Assembly: GCA_000165425.1 (NCBI GenBank)
Contig: CT868038.1
Coordinates: 62,001-126,000 of the forward strand
DNA: 64,000 nt
Source of the DNA: Paramecium tetraurelia
Taxonomy: Eukaryota
Reading direction: 5' to 3'
A program made the position numbers and the translations under genes. The first letter of the stretch is position 1. Each line of letters begins with the position of its first letter. This document shows positions 11,571 through 25,957 of the stretch, piece by piece. Under the pieces are notes generated by a model. The model had not been told where the DNA came from. It saw nothing but the letters and a program-made list of their open reading frames with translations, and made no database searches.

Positions 11571-14178
11571 ATGGATTACGATGGCAATAGAATTAATCAA
11601 TCAGATCTTGATGCATTATTCAATTTCGATTATTCTTCCTTTATTTATTATCTTATCTCATCATTCTATTTTTTGTTGCTATGCTATGTCTAATACTCTC
11701 ATAATTTTCATTTTATCAACTTATTACTCTTCTTTTGTATATCCCTTTTAGTGAATTTATCAATTTGAATTCTTACAAAAATGTCTCATTTCTTCCTAAA
11801 ATTGGATAACTAGAGAACTAAACACTATAGTTCCTCATACCTTCTAGTAATCCAATTAATCATAGGATTTAACTCTAAAATAGGAAAGTGTGTTTGATTA
11901 TTTGCATGGAATGCTTCTCTTTGAGAACAATCACATTTTCATATGATTAGTTATATAGATTGACACCCTTGAAGTTATTTATTGGAAGGTCCATTATATA
12001 ATGTAATTATTAAAACTTAATCAATTTCAGCCACTCTCCAAAGTAGATAAGCCTATTCCTGGGAATGTAGTTATCTGCTTACAATTGGGGCCAAACTATG
12101 TTACATTCAAGTCCTTGTAAGTTTCATTATTTAGTTTATGAAGTGCTTTGAAATACAGTGAGGATTGCTAGCATTACTACATTAATTTTTTACTCAATTA
12201 CTACGAAGCATTCTAAACTAAGGACAACAGTTATCATCTTGAGTTTTAAATGTGCTATTTTGAATTGTTGCCTCAATTTGATAGAATAAAGAATATTCCA
12301 ATTCAAAGAGGTTACAAGCTGAAGAATTTGAAGGAAAATTTCAATATCAAGCCAATTATCGATCAAGTCATAGCTATCACTTCCTACAAAGACATGTATT
12401 TTCTATATATAATACATTTTTCAACGAGGAAATGCTACATTTTGGATCCTTAGACTCATCCTCAAAGTAGGTTTAATGACCATGAGATAGTGACAAGAAC
12501 TATCCTACATTATTTTCAGTAGACCTTCTCTGTCGAGTGTTGTCTGTTAAAGGAAATCAAGTAGGATGCTACAGCCTTAATTAGATCAGCATTGTTGCTG
12601 GATTTTATCTATAAATATATGGATGAGAGCAACAATGTGGAGAGAATAGAAAATATCAAGATCAGATCATCAGATGCTAAATAATTGTTAGAGAAAATAA
12701 AATGGTTCATCCAAAAATGTTACAATGATAATATTTACATCACCAATCAATAGAGATAATAACCGAAATTGATGGACAAATTGTTAAGTTATGATGAATG
12801 GAAATAACAAATGAATTCGGATTCATTCGAAAAAGTGAATAAAATAAAAGACTAGTTCAAATCGAGGAATGAATCAATCATTAAGTTTAATCAACCCACC
12901 AGTCCTGATAGTTCCATTAGTATTCTATCACTTATGGGATAAAACCAGTTGAATCAATCATTAAGCAGTTCTTAGTCAGGGATATCCATGAATGCTCAAT
13001 CCTTTCTGAAATAGCAAATCTACAATCAAGAAATTCCAAGAAGAGATCATAGAGTTAATGAGGATGTAATAACTAAATAAGAATTTGAAAACTTACTGAG
13101 AGATGCCAAATAACAAATCAGACAGGAAGTCTTAGAAGAATTGAAGAGGGAATAGGATGAGAAGATGCAACAATATGAGACTAAATTATAAACCAAGTAT
13201 AATCCTCTTGATGAATAGATAGCCCAAGAATATCTCACTTAAGTTAAATTCCAAAGATATAAGGAATATTTAGATTATTTAATGGAATATTATTACAATA
13301 ATGATAAATAAGAATACTATAAATTAATAGATGAATATAATTAACGATTGAAAGACACTGCTCTGAATGGGATGGTAGAAGTACAAAAGCAAGAAATATT
13401 GAAATTGCAAGCTATTACCAAAAAAAAGATTGTAGAATAAAATCAGTAGTTAGAAATTGCTTTATACAATCAAAAGAAGGAACTGAAAGATATCATCCCA
13501 ATTAAAAACAAGCTTCAAGAAAGGAAAGAAGATTATTAAAGATTCTAAATTTAACAAAACAAACATGAGTATAAATTCTAATTTGCAAATGTCAATTTAA
13601 CTATTGATCCATTTGAATTCAAGACTGATCAATAAGTTGATGAAATCAGAAAACAGAAAACCATTCTGGATTAATTAGATTTATCTAAAACTGAAATTAA
13701 AGAGATGTAGAATGCATGGAAATTTGAAACTTCTAAAAGCAGTCTCTCAAGATCATCAGTCTATAATTATGATGAAGAACTTGAAAAACTATAGAAGTTG
13801 TACCAAAATAAAAATATACCTGAACCTTATCAATCTAATCGATATTCTAATAACGTGATATCACATGGGTCGAATCCTTAAGTTTAATCTCAAGCTTATT
13901 CAAATTTAGTATTCTCCAATAAGGATCCAACATCTTAAAGAAATCTCAAAAATAATGATCCTACATCCAACTAACAATCTAAATATGATCTCACATCTAA
14001 ATAGTAATCTAAGTTTGATCCAATGAGCAAAAGAAATCTGGATCTGTCAAATGCTTAATCAGAATTCTCGAGATTACAAATTGGATAGAGTTAAAAGAAT
14101 CTAGATAGAAGTATAAGATAACCCTCCTAATTTGATTCATTATCATAGATTGAATAAAATTAAGACTAATAAAAGTGA
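11571..14178 (+). CDS. Large hypothetical protein; possible degenerate Ulp1/C48-like N-terminal region, coiled coil and low-complexity C-terminus
   Basis: MDYDGNRINQSDLDALFNFD...; YFLYIIHFSTRKCYILDP; long coiled coil; 10-aa DPTS repeats; stop TGA 14176. Confidence 0.6.
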
Positions 14179-14232
14179 ATTTTAATTTGATTTAGATACT
14201 TAAATAAATAAATATTATATATATAAATAACA

Positions 14233-16304
14233 TCATCTAAATACAATCTAAAAGGCATTCTATACTATTTCATAAAATTTCTGGGCGTCTTAATCAATGG
14301 TGTCTAATCTGAACCCAATATTAGCCTAATTTCCAAATGGATGTTTATCAATCATTTATTTCCTCTTTAGTATAAATTGTAAGATGGCTGAAACTTAGTC
14401 ATTCAAATAGATTGGTGCAATGAACACAGGTAATATTGAGGAGATATCTGTATTTTCATCAAAATGATCTTGTCTAGTAATTTAAGTGAATATTTGAGGT
14501 TTGCCTTTTAAATAAATCTAATAAGCACACCCAGCCTGTAATTGATAAGATCTGCCTTAGATCGAAAACTGATTATTCTCAATGAATAATAATTTGGTTT
14601 AAGCGATTTGAAATATTTACATTGCAGATTCTTGTAATGCTGCACAAAAATGGTCTTTGTCCTTACACTGGATCAACCTATTGAAGCATCTATAGAAGAG
14701 ATCCCTGTAATTGAGCTCTTTAACTAAGGCTTCGAAATCCAAAATACTTTAAACCACTGACTTACTTAACATATTGATCAATAACCCATAATATTGAGAA
14801 TCTAGGAATAAATTTTCTTAAATGTTTTGAATCTATGAATATGATGGTAGAATATACTTCTAGAATTCCACAAGGCTTTGAACTATTTCCCATAATAGGA
14901 AGTAAGAGAAAGTTTTTGCCAAAAACTTCATTGTTCTCTGTTATATAGAGCAGTTCTTATTTTTTCGATGGACTTCTTATCCCGTAATCCTCAAATACCA
15001 ATTAACTAAAGACACCATCAGTCAGCAAGGCAACGTGTTGAGCTCCATTGCAATCATAAGTCTGAGCTCTACAGGTCATACCGTCAATTATCCATAGATG
15101 AACTATTTCAGTTCCAAAAATAGATCGAAATGCTTTGCTTACATGTATTTGAAAATCTTGAATGCTCTTGTAACTGATCATAGTTATAAATTCGTTCATT
15201 ATTTAATTTATCTTTTCAGAGAAATCTCTTGCACTTATAAATTGAGCTATTGGATTACATATAATGGGATACATGCCACTAGATTGATTAGATCTTTTTT
15301 TTGTTGAACAGACTCGAGTGTGACAACTTGATTTGTAAAGACTTCTGGTCCATGTTCAATTAAATCCAATAAGAAATCACAATCGTCATTATCAAGGTCG
15401 TTCAATCTGAATTCTAGATTGCTTGGTAAGGAGTTGGGATTGAAGGCATAATTGGAAATCTATTAACTTTCAGTTACAGTTTCTTTAACCCCAACTTTCT
15501 TGGTTTTTAAGGAATCTAACTTTTTTGTCAATCTATTATTTTATTAAAGTAATTTGGAATTTAAATCCTTGAGTCTTTCATTCTCCTTCTCCTTTTTTAC
15601 TAGATCCCGTTTGAGTTATTCGTTATCCCTGATCAATTCTGACAATGTATTCCTGAGCTCTTCGGAATGGGACTATCGTAAACTCAATTGAAATTCTTAC
15701 ATATAGATTTTTCTCCAACATCATTTCTATCCTTTTCTCTAGGAACTTGATTTTCTTATACTGTTCATCCCCCACTCTTTTCTACTGCAACAGATCTCTG
15801 CATAACTTATGCTAATCCTGCTAGGAGAGACTCAACTGTTTTAAATATCCCTCATTGTCGATTTTGTAATGATTCTAAATATACATTCTCATCAATTTAC
15901 TTATTAGTCCTTTAATTTTTGTATTGTTTATTTTTACATGACAGCCTCCATGGTAACATGATCAAGTTGTTTGTTCTTTTAATTTAATTCAATCTCAGTT
16001 TTGGAAATGCTTTTAAGAGTTTTGGCGATCTCCTGTAAGCTGCTCATAATTCTGGTCTATTCTACTGAAGTGCTTGACTTCAGTGATTCTGCTAACTATT
16101 CGATGTGGTAGAGTCTATTTTCAATAGCCTTTTGCATAAGTGAATATTGTTAACATTATCATAACTAGACTGTGATTCCATTTTTCGAGATTGGTTGAAA
16201 ACCGTCGTTGTTCTTTCATCAGGCAATGTTTTAAGCGGGTGATCAGAAAACATCCTTGGACTCTACATTTATTTCATCCGAAAGGCACGATTAGTACTAC
16301 TCAT
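14233..16304 (-). CDS. Coiled-coil protein with C-terminal GAF-like region
   Basis: MSSTNRAFRMK...; AFRSIFGTEIVHLWIIDG...NFLLLPIMGNSSKPCGILEV resembles a GAF beta-sheet pattern (inference). Confidence 0.6.
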
Positions 16305-16809
16305 TTAATTAAAGTTTATATTTATTTAAATACACTCATTCCAAGAAGGAGGAAATTTTTGTTCATTTCAGAGTTACATTCTTGTAAGATCTATGATATG
16401 CATATTATCGAAAGAGCTATCAGAGGGTATTCATCTACAATAGTTTACTCATAGTTGAAGAAATTAAATTATTGAAAGTAAGAGATAGTAATCATCAAAA
16501 TAAATACTAGTGGATGTTAATTAGAATAGAATCTATCGAGGTTTCATTATTGAAGCATCTATGAAAAAAAGAATGCTCTATTATTTCGACCAAAAAACTA
16601 AATAATTTGTGGACTATCATCTGTTGTCTCCATCTTATTCCAACTAAAATACTAAGAAAGATAAACATTAATTAATCCCACTATTGATTTCAAAACAATT
16701 ATGTTTATTAATTACAGTGAAATATTAAATTATATTTAGTAATTGAGTATAGAATTTTAATTAACGAATTAATTTAATATTGAAAATCAAGAATTGATAA
16801 TATTATATT

Positions 16810-17963
16810 TCAATTTTCTTTCTTGTGATCTAACTTATTTTCTCTATTATCATAAATATTCTTATAACGACCAGATGAGAAGATGCCCAATCCTACTTTC
16901 ACCATAAATATTGTCCAATAAACATGCATTCCGAAGAGTAATACCATCAGTCCAATTTGATTGTAATAGGCGTGTTTTGTTCTATCCCTAAAGATATCTG
17001 ATAAGTATTACCAATAAGGCAAGAATTATGGATGGTTCAATATGCAATCGTAAATCTTTAATGGGAACACATAGACTCTTGTGTACAACCAAGAGATTTA
17101 TATCGAGGAGAATCCAAGGTAGACTAAAATCTTGTTCTTTCCAAGATCCCCATATGCTCTTCCCAAGGCCAAGAATATGTCACTGATATCGTGGAGTAGT
17201 AGAACCACAATTCCAATATTCTCACAATTATACATTGTTGAAAAGTAAAGTAAACTAACAGCAAGTGAATGGTGTAATAAATATTCCCAATACTTCAGTT
17301 CTATTTTTGTACCATAAACCATGAGTAACAATAAGGCATGCACATGACTTGAGGCCTGAACCATATAATACACAGGAACCCAAGGATTCTAATATGATAC
17401 TAACTTATAATTGTACATCTGGGATATTAGGAAAATCATATAAAGTCTCTTTAAAATTAGTTCCACCAAATTCGGTTGGGAACCATTTTTCATTTCGAAA
17501 TGTGATGAATGCGAAGAGAGTAGCACTGCTGTAATACACAGTGTCATAAATCCATTTGACAATTTTTTATACTCGTAATTATCGATCAGTTCCTACATAT
17601 TTTGGATCTAACCTTCTTTCAACATAGCCAATGGCAAGCATCCTATTTATCTCTTTCGTAATCTAATGCTAAGAATACACCTTTACATGTATCAGAATCA
17701 GTCCAATAAAAAGCCATTTGATGTCTTTCCAATCGAATCTTCGAAAATTCTTTTCTTGAAGGAATTGCTAAAATTAGATGATATCGAAACTATATAGGGA
17801 GATAACAACTAGGGATGCTAAATGGTATAAATTTACTTATGACAAGAAAGAAAACAAACTTGAAAATTGTTTCATAATGTGAAAATTTGACCAACTTTTT
17901 CAGAGAGAGATTTTACTGTCCTTCCTCTATTAAGCGTTTTGCTCTCGACGACCTTTGAATCAT
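16810..17963 (-). CDS. Ceramide synthase (LAG1/TLC domain)
   Basis: Lag1 motif KYWEYLLHHSLAVSLLYFS...GIVVLLLHDISDIFL; multiple transmembrane helices. Confidence 0.92.
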
Positions 17964-18090
17964 AATTTGTAATATTAACAATAAATTCTTAAAAAAAATG
18001 AATCTAAAGAACTCTTAAATGTTCCATTCAGAATTTCCTTGAATAAAGTATTGAATTAATTGCGATTAATTCTTAGAATTATATTTTAAT

Positions 18091-19556
18091 ATGAAATTTA
18101 TTATATTACTAGTATTCACATTTTGTGTGAATGCTTTAATGTTGAGGAGTGTAAAGGACAAAATGACAGAAGGAGTGATTTAGGTAATGTTTGATGATAA
18201 TTATATAAGTAAATAAGGGAATAAATAAAGAATCCCCAAACCTAACATTACCACTCAGCTTACAATAGATTGGCATATTATGTCGATACTTTCGGTCCCA
18301 GATTATGGGGATCAGAGAGTATGGCTGATGCAGTCGATGCACTCTATTCGGAGATTGAGAAAATGGGATTTGACAGAGTGTGGAAGGAGAATTTGGGGGA
18401 GATCACATCTTGGATGAGAGGAGAGGAAAGTGTCACATTGTACGAGCCAAGGGAGATTCCTTAAAAATTGAACATGATTGGCCTTGGATGGACACCTGCT
18501 GGAACTGTGAAGGGAGAAGTGGAGGTTGTTCATTCATTTGAGGAATTAAAACAGAAGGATGTGAGAGGAAAGATTGTATGCTACAATTTTGAATGGAATG
18601 GATATGGATCAGCCATAGCCTTCAGATTTGCAGGACCTACAGAAGCAGAAAAAGCAGGAGCAATTGGTACAATGATCAGAAGTGTGGCCAGCGTTTCAAT
18701 TGCATCACCACATACGGTATGAATTTTTATTAAATTTAAAAGGGAATGACGGATTATGAAAATATCAAAAAACCTGCAGTTGCAATTACTGTTGAAGATG
18801 CAGATATGATAGACAGAATGAGACAGAGAGGTCAAAAGGTTGTAGTCGAGATTAAGACAGGAGGACAGTAATATAAGACAACAAGTGATAACTTCTTTGC
18901 AGAAATCAAAGGATCCAAATATCCAGATGAGATCTTATTAATGGGTGGTCATTGGGATTCATGGGATGTTGGATCACAAACAGGAGCCAATGATGATGGC
19001 GGCGGTGTTATCGTCTGCTTAGAAGCACTTAGAATCCTAAATTCATTGGGACTCAAACCAAAGAGAACTATAAGGTTTATAGCTTGGAGTGGTGAAGAGA
19101 TGGGTCAGAAAAACAATGGAGGATTTCACTATGCTCTTAATCATGGTAAAGAGAATCACATAATTGCATTCGAATCTGACTTAGGATCTACCAAACCATA
19201 TGGATTTGGCATTACAGCTGGATAATAATTTACGTAACATCCTCTTATATTCATTTTATAGTCAGTTAGTTACATATATGGCTTAAGAGTATTTAACTGG
19301 TATTGGAGCTGAGCGAGTCTACCCAAATGATGGAGAATCTGTTGATAGTGGGGTTTTGGCTGAAATCACAGGAACTCCTATGATGAACAATAGAATAGCT
19401 GATAATGAAAATCATGATTTCTATTTCGCTTATCATCACACTGCTGGTGATTCTATGTGGATGATGGATCCAGATGATATGGATGACAATGTAGTAGCCA
19501 TTGCCAGTATTATGTATTTGATTGCAGATTATGATGGGCCCATTCCAAAAGATTGA
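18091..19556 (+). CDS. Secreted M28 peptidase, carboxypeptidase Q-like
   Basis: Signal peptide MKFIILLVFTFCVNA; DTFGPRLWGS, SPHT, GGHWDSWDVGSQTGANDDGGG, WSGEEMG, FESDLG, YHHTAGDSM; three tiny introns. Confidence 0.93.
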
Positions 19557-19949
19557 TTTAATATATACGTTGTTATCAATAAAGGACTTATATGCATTTT
19601 TTATTATATAATTATTCTAATTGAAAATTCAATATGTAAGAAATGACATCATCACAAATTTATTAAGAATTAAAAATACGTAATAATTTAATAATCAGAT
19701 TCAATATATTGTATCATTTAATAGTAAATATATAATACAAACTTGTAAATTAATTGAGGATAATAATGGAAAAATTATAATTATTTTTTATGCATTATAT
19801 ATTAAATATTGATATTTGTATTTTGCATATAAAACAAATATTATACATTTATGTAAATAGTCACCAAAAATTTTCGAAACCTTATTATTCAGATTATCCC
19901 TCTACTTTTTCATTATTACAATTATCAAAACACTATTTGTTTTTATGAA

Positions 19950-20920
19950 CCTATGAAAATTATGTTAGAAATAGGATTTAATTTTCTAGAAACAATTAAT
20001 CGCACTCATAAAGATAATATATTTTTGATTTGACATCAGATATATTGAATTAAGAATATTTAATAAGGTCACTACAGATTATTATGTTTGATTTAATTTG
20101 AATTTCATACTTCAAAATTTTAGCCCCAATAACTTTAACCTAATTGAGCTTTTATGAATATATACGAAAGCAGTAATCCTTATATAACTCGATTTTATTC
20201 AGAATCACAACGCCTTAATTTTGAAAAGAAACTCTATAATACAATTGAGAGTATTCATTTTTGCCTCTTTTTCTTCTAGCATTAATATATTTTAATTCGA
20301 TTAATTTTCAGAAACAGGGATTCTTAGAATTCCACTAAAGTTATTTCCCTTTATTCTCCATATACCTTTATCAATAGGATTCAAAATCATAATTCTATTT
20401 ATTGATTTCATAAATTATTCTTAAATTTTCTCCATTTCGATTTGGAGTTGATAAGGATAATCGTGAATATATAGAATCTCTAAAACAGCAAATTTAAGCA
20501 TTAAATTCTCCAATTGTTCAACACCAAAAGAAAAGAGGAATTTTTAAATTCAAAAAATGGCGAAATTTGTCACATTTAATTTACAATTAACAGAAAGGTA
20601 AGAGCAGTTAAAAAATGTTGGCATTCTATTTAGCTGATTATATTTAATAGTGTGATTGATCTGTTCATACACATTCAATAACTTAAATAAAATAATTGAT
20701 GAATAGATTCAGAATTTCTGCATTCTTCAAAATACCCTTACTAACAATAAACTTATAGGCTGAAATCCTAAGTCAACTTTCCCTAAAGCTTTAAAAGTTT
20801 TAGGTTAACTTTATTTATAATCAATTCTTTAGAATTTTCTATTTGATTGAATGTTAGGATTAATTAAGGGTTTCTTTTGATTTGTACAACCATGTTATTC
20901 GGAGAGAGAGTTAATCTCAT
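19950..20920 (-). CDS. Hypothetical gene or decayed gene (boundaries uncertain)
   Basis: MRLTLSPNNMVVQIKRNPQLIL... open about 90 codons, then continues in another frame; no recognisable domain. Confidence 0.35.
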
Positions 20921-20999
20921 TAGTGCCTTATTCGTAATAATCTATATTTAATATATATATATATATAATTTAAACATCAAAAATCCCTTGCTCAATAAC

Positions 21000-21430
21000 T
21001 TGTTATATTATAAATAGATAAGTACCTAGATGATGATGAAGAATCAAATTCAGAATTAGATGATGAACTGTGTCTATTTTTATTTCCAACCAGTGAGTTC
21101 TAAAATTATCTATTAAAATCGTACAATTTAATACTTGCTGCTTTAGATCATTGCTTCTTCATCGTCATCGACTACTATAAAGTGACTTTGTATCAATTCT
21201 CTCAAAGCTGACTTTGTTATTCTCACTCTTTTATCGTTTTTGCATTACGACTTTTCTCTGACCTCCTTACTTTTTTCTTTTTTCTTTACTACTGTCTTTT
21301 AAACCTAAGGAACTGAAGTTCTCTATTCTCGCATTAGTTCCTTTGTTACAACGTACATCACTCCATTTGCAGACATTACGCGTTTTCTCTTTCCATCAAC
21401 TATCTTAGAATTGTCAATCACTTCCTTCAT
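21000..21430 (-). CDS. Small basic/Ser-rich hypothetical protein
   Basis: MKEVIDNSKIVDGKRKRVMSANGVMYVVTKELMRE...; 3' end approximate. Confidence 0.55.
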
Positions 21431-21805
21431 GTATATAATATTATAATGAATCAAATTTTTGCTTCATTAATCACTGAATAATAATACACCTCTAAAAAAA
21501 CATAATAATTAATTGTGAATATAATTCTATAATTTATATTTATTAGATTATTGTTAATTCTCATTTGAAATCCTTCCTTTTTATTTGAGCGTTTCCAATC
21601 ATTAATTTAAACTAAATTTAGAATTTCGCATTAATATCTCCCAATTTTGATATGATCTGTTGAGTTTCCATTCTATCCAAGGATTTTCACTGAATGTCTT
21701 CAAACATAATATATTATGACAAACAGTGTGCCATTTATGTAAGTACACACATTAAAATTGTTATAATAAATGTTAAATGAAATTACTACATCATTTTCTC
21801 TAAAT

Positions 21806-22333
21806 TCATTAAGTTTTCTTGTCTTTAACATTCACTTTATTCATGTATTCATGCTTATCGATAGCATATTTCGAAGTGTAGTATTAAGCTATAGATTTGT
21901 ATCCGATTAAATCATTAGCTTTGAGTAGATTAGCAGCATCACAATTCAATGGACTATAAGGATTGGGTTCTTGGAGCATTAGTCTAACAGCTCGTAAGAC
22001 ACTTTCGATTGTCCAACGAGGCTCCCATTTTTACGAAAGCACTTCTAGACATACTTCACCAGTGTCCATATGTACATTAGGGTGAAATATTCTTGTCTGA
22101 AAATGAAGTGTGGGGGCACTGATTGGATAATTGGATGGGATAGAAACTTTGATCTAGGGTTCATTGATTGCTTTTACCTTAAAGATTCCATCCTCAAATG
22201 GAGAGTCTTAAGGGCCATGTAGATAGACATGCCAAATTAGGATGTCAGTCTCATTGATTTGAATGATCATCGTAGGGTCATTCAACTTCTACAGGTCGTT
22301 TTGTTCCTTCATTATTCTTGGCCTGCAAATCAT
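21806..22333 (-). CDS. PEX4: E2 ubiquitin-conjugating enzyme, peroxin 4-like
   Basis: GPQDSPFEDG, FHPNVHMDTGEVCLEVL, and PEX4-type SPLNCDAANLLKANDLIGYKSIAQYY. Confidence 0.85.
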
Positions 22334-22350
22334 CAATTAATATAATAACA

Positions 22351-23476
22351 ATGTCAGATTAAAAGAAATCCAAGAAACCCAATTTATCATCGATCAGTTT
22401 GACTGAGAAACCCTCGATCATGAAACAGTAGAAATCTCCTAAACACTACAAGATGTCTTTCGATCCTGAAAAGTATGTCGAGAGGGAAGATTATGTGAAG
22501 ATGGAAAAGAAATATAATGAGTTGGTGTAGAGAGTACAGGCATTGTTTTTGGAGATCAACAATAGATATTATGTAAGTATTTAAGTATGAAACAGGACTT
22601 TAATGACATCAATGAAAAATTGAATCGAAAATCAAATGAATTTGGATATACGAGATTGGATCCTCATCGATTGATTGAATTGATCAAGGAAATGCTTGCC
22701 ACTTATATTAAGTACTCTAAATTATTGATATTAATAATAGGGGTATCATTTAAACAGAAGAAGAAGTTTAATCGTATAAGTTATGCAATGATGATGAATA
22801 ATAAGATTATATTTGGTTGTTGCATAAGAGTGAAATGGACATGAGAAAAATGATAAGAGAGAATTAGTAACTGAAGCTATTGATCTAGAATTTGGAAATT
22901 AAAATCAGCAATAATGAGAAATAAATTGAATTACTCACTACCTACACACAAAAGGCCATGGAAGAAATGAAAAGTGAATTCACCTTTGCCATAGATTTAC
23001 TATCCGAAAGAGAGAGCAGTCTCAATATACTTAAGGATGAAATCAAGAGATAAACTGAACTCATTACTTCATAAAAGTAGCAGTTGATATCAGTACAAGT
23101 TTTAGAACACAAAATGGGTCATTTGGCTGAAAAACAAAATAAAGAAAAATAAAAGATCAAATAAGAGTATGATCATACTGTCAAGCAAAAGGAACAATAC
23201 CTTAAACAATCATTCTAGTTGGACTAAAGAGCAAAAGAAAAAGTAATATAACAATTGGAATCAGAAGTGAAATAATTGCAAATTGAAAAAAACATTATTG
23301 AGAGAGATTTAGCATAAAAGATTGAGTTTTCATAAAAGAAGATAGATAATCAAAATAACTAATTAGCAGAAAAGATATCTCAGATCTCTTATTTATAAAA
23401 GAAGATTATCGATATACATCACAGCAACTATTTATAAGACAAAGCCAATCATTAATCTACTAAACATGAACCCTGA
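22351..23476 (+). CDS. Coiled-coil hypothetical protein
   Basis: MSDQKKSKKPNLSSISL...; heptad-rich; tiny introns; TGA 23474. Confidence 0.65.
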
Positions 23477-23715
23477 TATATATTATTAAGATTCAAATAT
23501 TACAATTTAATAATTTCTAAAAGTCCATAATATTTGTTGATTAATTAATAGTTATGTGAATGTTTTCATCTAATTATTTAGAATTAACTATCTTGTGTTT
23601 GACATCTCTTGAAATTCTTTTCCTTTTTAACAATTCAGTCATAGTAAAATAATTAAAACATTAAAACTATTTTGGTATACTAAGTGATTCTTTTTATTTC
23701 AAATTATTATAGATA

Positions 23716-25941
23716 ATGAAGGTGAACAAAAGATTTTTGCATCTAAATCAGAATTCCCAACATTCATATAGGAATGAGAGTTCAAAAGCATAGCTTTATG
23801 AGATTTTAATTGTAAAGAGCTAATTTAGGACTTAGTTAGATTTGCAATTTGTTAAATGATAATTTATTTAATTTATATTCAGTTATATGTTTCAAAATAA
23901 AATAGAGTAATCAAAAACAGCATTCTTTTGGGATGTATACAAATGATTTCAAATTTAGATTCTATTAGGCACATATTCGCCTTAACTACCACATCCTTCA
24001 TTGAATGAAATAAATAAAACATTAGTTGACCAACCACAATATCGAACTTTAAAAATGGATATCCCAAGGACTCGTTCTTAATTACTTTAACCTCAAATGC
24101 ATGGCATTCTAGAAAAAATAATTGTTTTCTTTTGTTAATAGGAAAATATTAGTTACAAATAAGGAATGAATGAAATATTTGCAGTGGTAGCAGTCTTTAA
24201 TGAAAGTGGACTATCATGGGAGAAAATATACGAATATTCTCGCAAAATCATTCTTGATAACAATTTCTTTAAAGATGAAGAGTTCTTGCCTTTGTAAGTG
24301 GCCTTCTAGTGGATTAATTTGCTACTCAAATTTCATGACTTCCAATTGTATGATTATTTGGATAAAAATTTACTATCACCAGAACTTTATGCTACTCCCT
24401 GGTTGCTGACTCTATTTGCAAATAAGATGTCATTGGAATGCACTTATCTTCTTTGGGAAATGCTTTATATCAAAAAGGATTAACTCATGATATACTTTTT
24501 TGTGATTGCCGTTCTGATCTACTTCAGATAGAAACTACTATCCATAGATTCCTCACTCTTGCCATAAACCCTAAGTGGTATCTACATAGACAACGTTGAA
24601 ACAGTTAAGAACATCTACAAAAAGTAAGCATTATAGTTATAAATAGAGCAGTCGATTTAAAATTGAACACTCCCTCTTCTGCATGTATTCCTTGCAAAAT
24701 ATTTGATCTACCAAAAGAAGAGATTAAAATACTAATGGATTACTACTCATAACTCGATTGTTTGACTCTTCACTTCACTGAATCTCTAAAACTGGAGACT
24801 AATTAATGTCACTTTTGTTCTAATAATGGGTGTGCTCAATGCAGAGTAGTACGAATGCCTCCTGAAATGAAATGCTTCATCTAGTCAAACAAACATCTAC
24901 AAGAATTAGTTCAATATGTTGGAGGACCCATTAAATAATGCAAGATTGTAGACAAAGTCCAGAATCTACAAAATATAATTCAGATAATTAGATATTCAAA
25001 GTTTCAATATGAATAGTATATCCAACAGAGTTATGTTTGTTTTCAACAATAACAATCATCGCATTAGAATACTGAAGAGGATACTATAAGTACTAGATCA
25101 TAGAATAGTTTTTATAACTCTTAAATTATAGTTCCTTTTAAGTTCAATAAGCTGCAATTGCAATAACAGTTGTAGAAACAACCAGATGATTAATTTGATT
25201 CTATTCGATCCTAAGAATAGACAAATTAATAGCAATCTTCATCATATAGATAATCATCGATTATGGAATCCAACGTTTTGCAGAATATACATTTGAATAA
25301 CAGTTCACCTATTGAGATCCAACCACTTATTCTAAAGAAGGATTCAAGGACGAACTCTTTAAAGTAAGATCCAATCAAAAGATATGAAAACAAAGGATTG
25401 TTCAAGAAAGTGATTATGGAAATAAATCAGCTCAATAATATTAAGTTCCACATTTTTAGATGTAAACTGATTGGAACTCAAAAACAAAGAATACTGATTA
25501 TAAATTAGGGATTCATCTGTTTGGTTAAAGAAGATAATTCAATTTATTCCAGATTATAGGGAATCTAATAATTAAAATCAAAACAATCCTTAAAAACAGA
25601 ACAATAAAGTCAATCAATTTCGATTCAATATCTTTATTACATGATATTTTTAAAACGAATCAGCAGTAAACGATTAAATAGCAATGTTATCTCATTTTAT
25701 TTTAAGTAACCAATTGTGAACGTAAATATTTCATTTGTTATCTTAGTCTTAGTAAAATATCAACCATCGATTTTTTAACTTGTTTAAAGAATTTCATGTG
25801 ATCATAGACGATGATTACATCAATGAGGCAAAAAGAATGATTAAGACAGAATATAAAATAACGCTCGAAATGTTAACGACATAAGAAGCGTAAAATTGTA
25901 TAGAAATGGGTAAGCAATATTACAAGCAATGTTAATTTTGA
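23716..25941 (+). CDS. TBC-domain Rab-GAP with C-terminal PH-like region (TBC1D23/TBCK-like)
   Basis: LKMDIPRTR, SYKQGMNEI, LLKFHDFQLYDYL, PELYATPWLLTLFA; start approximate. Confidence 0.8.
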
Positions 25942-25957
25942 TATATAAATCCTATTG

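Noticed and set aside
12871..12965. 15-bp direct repeat GAATCAATCATTAAG, copies 80 bp apart
   Set aside because: Both copies lie in one continuous reading frame with no TA-bounded IES or transposon signature; probably chance in AT-rich DNA.
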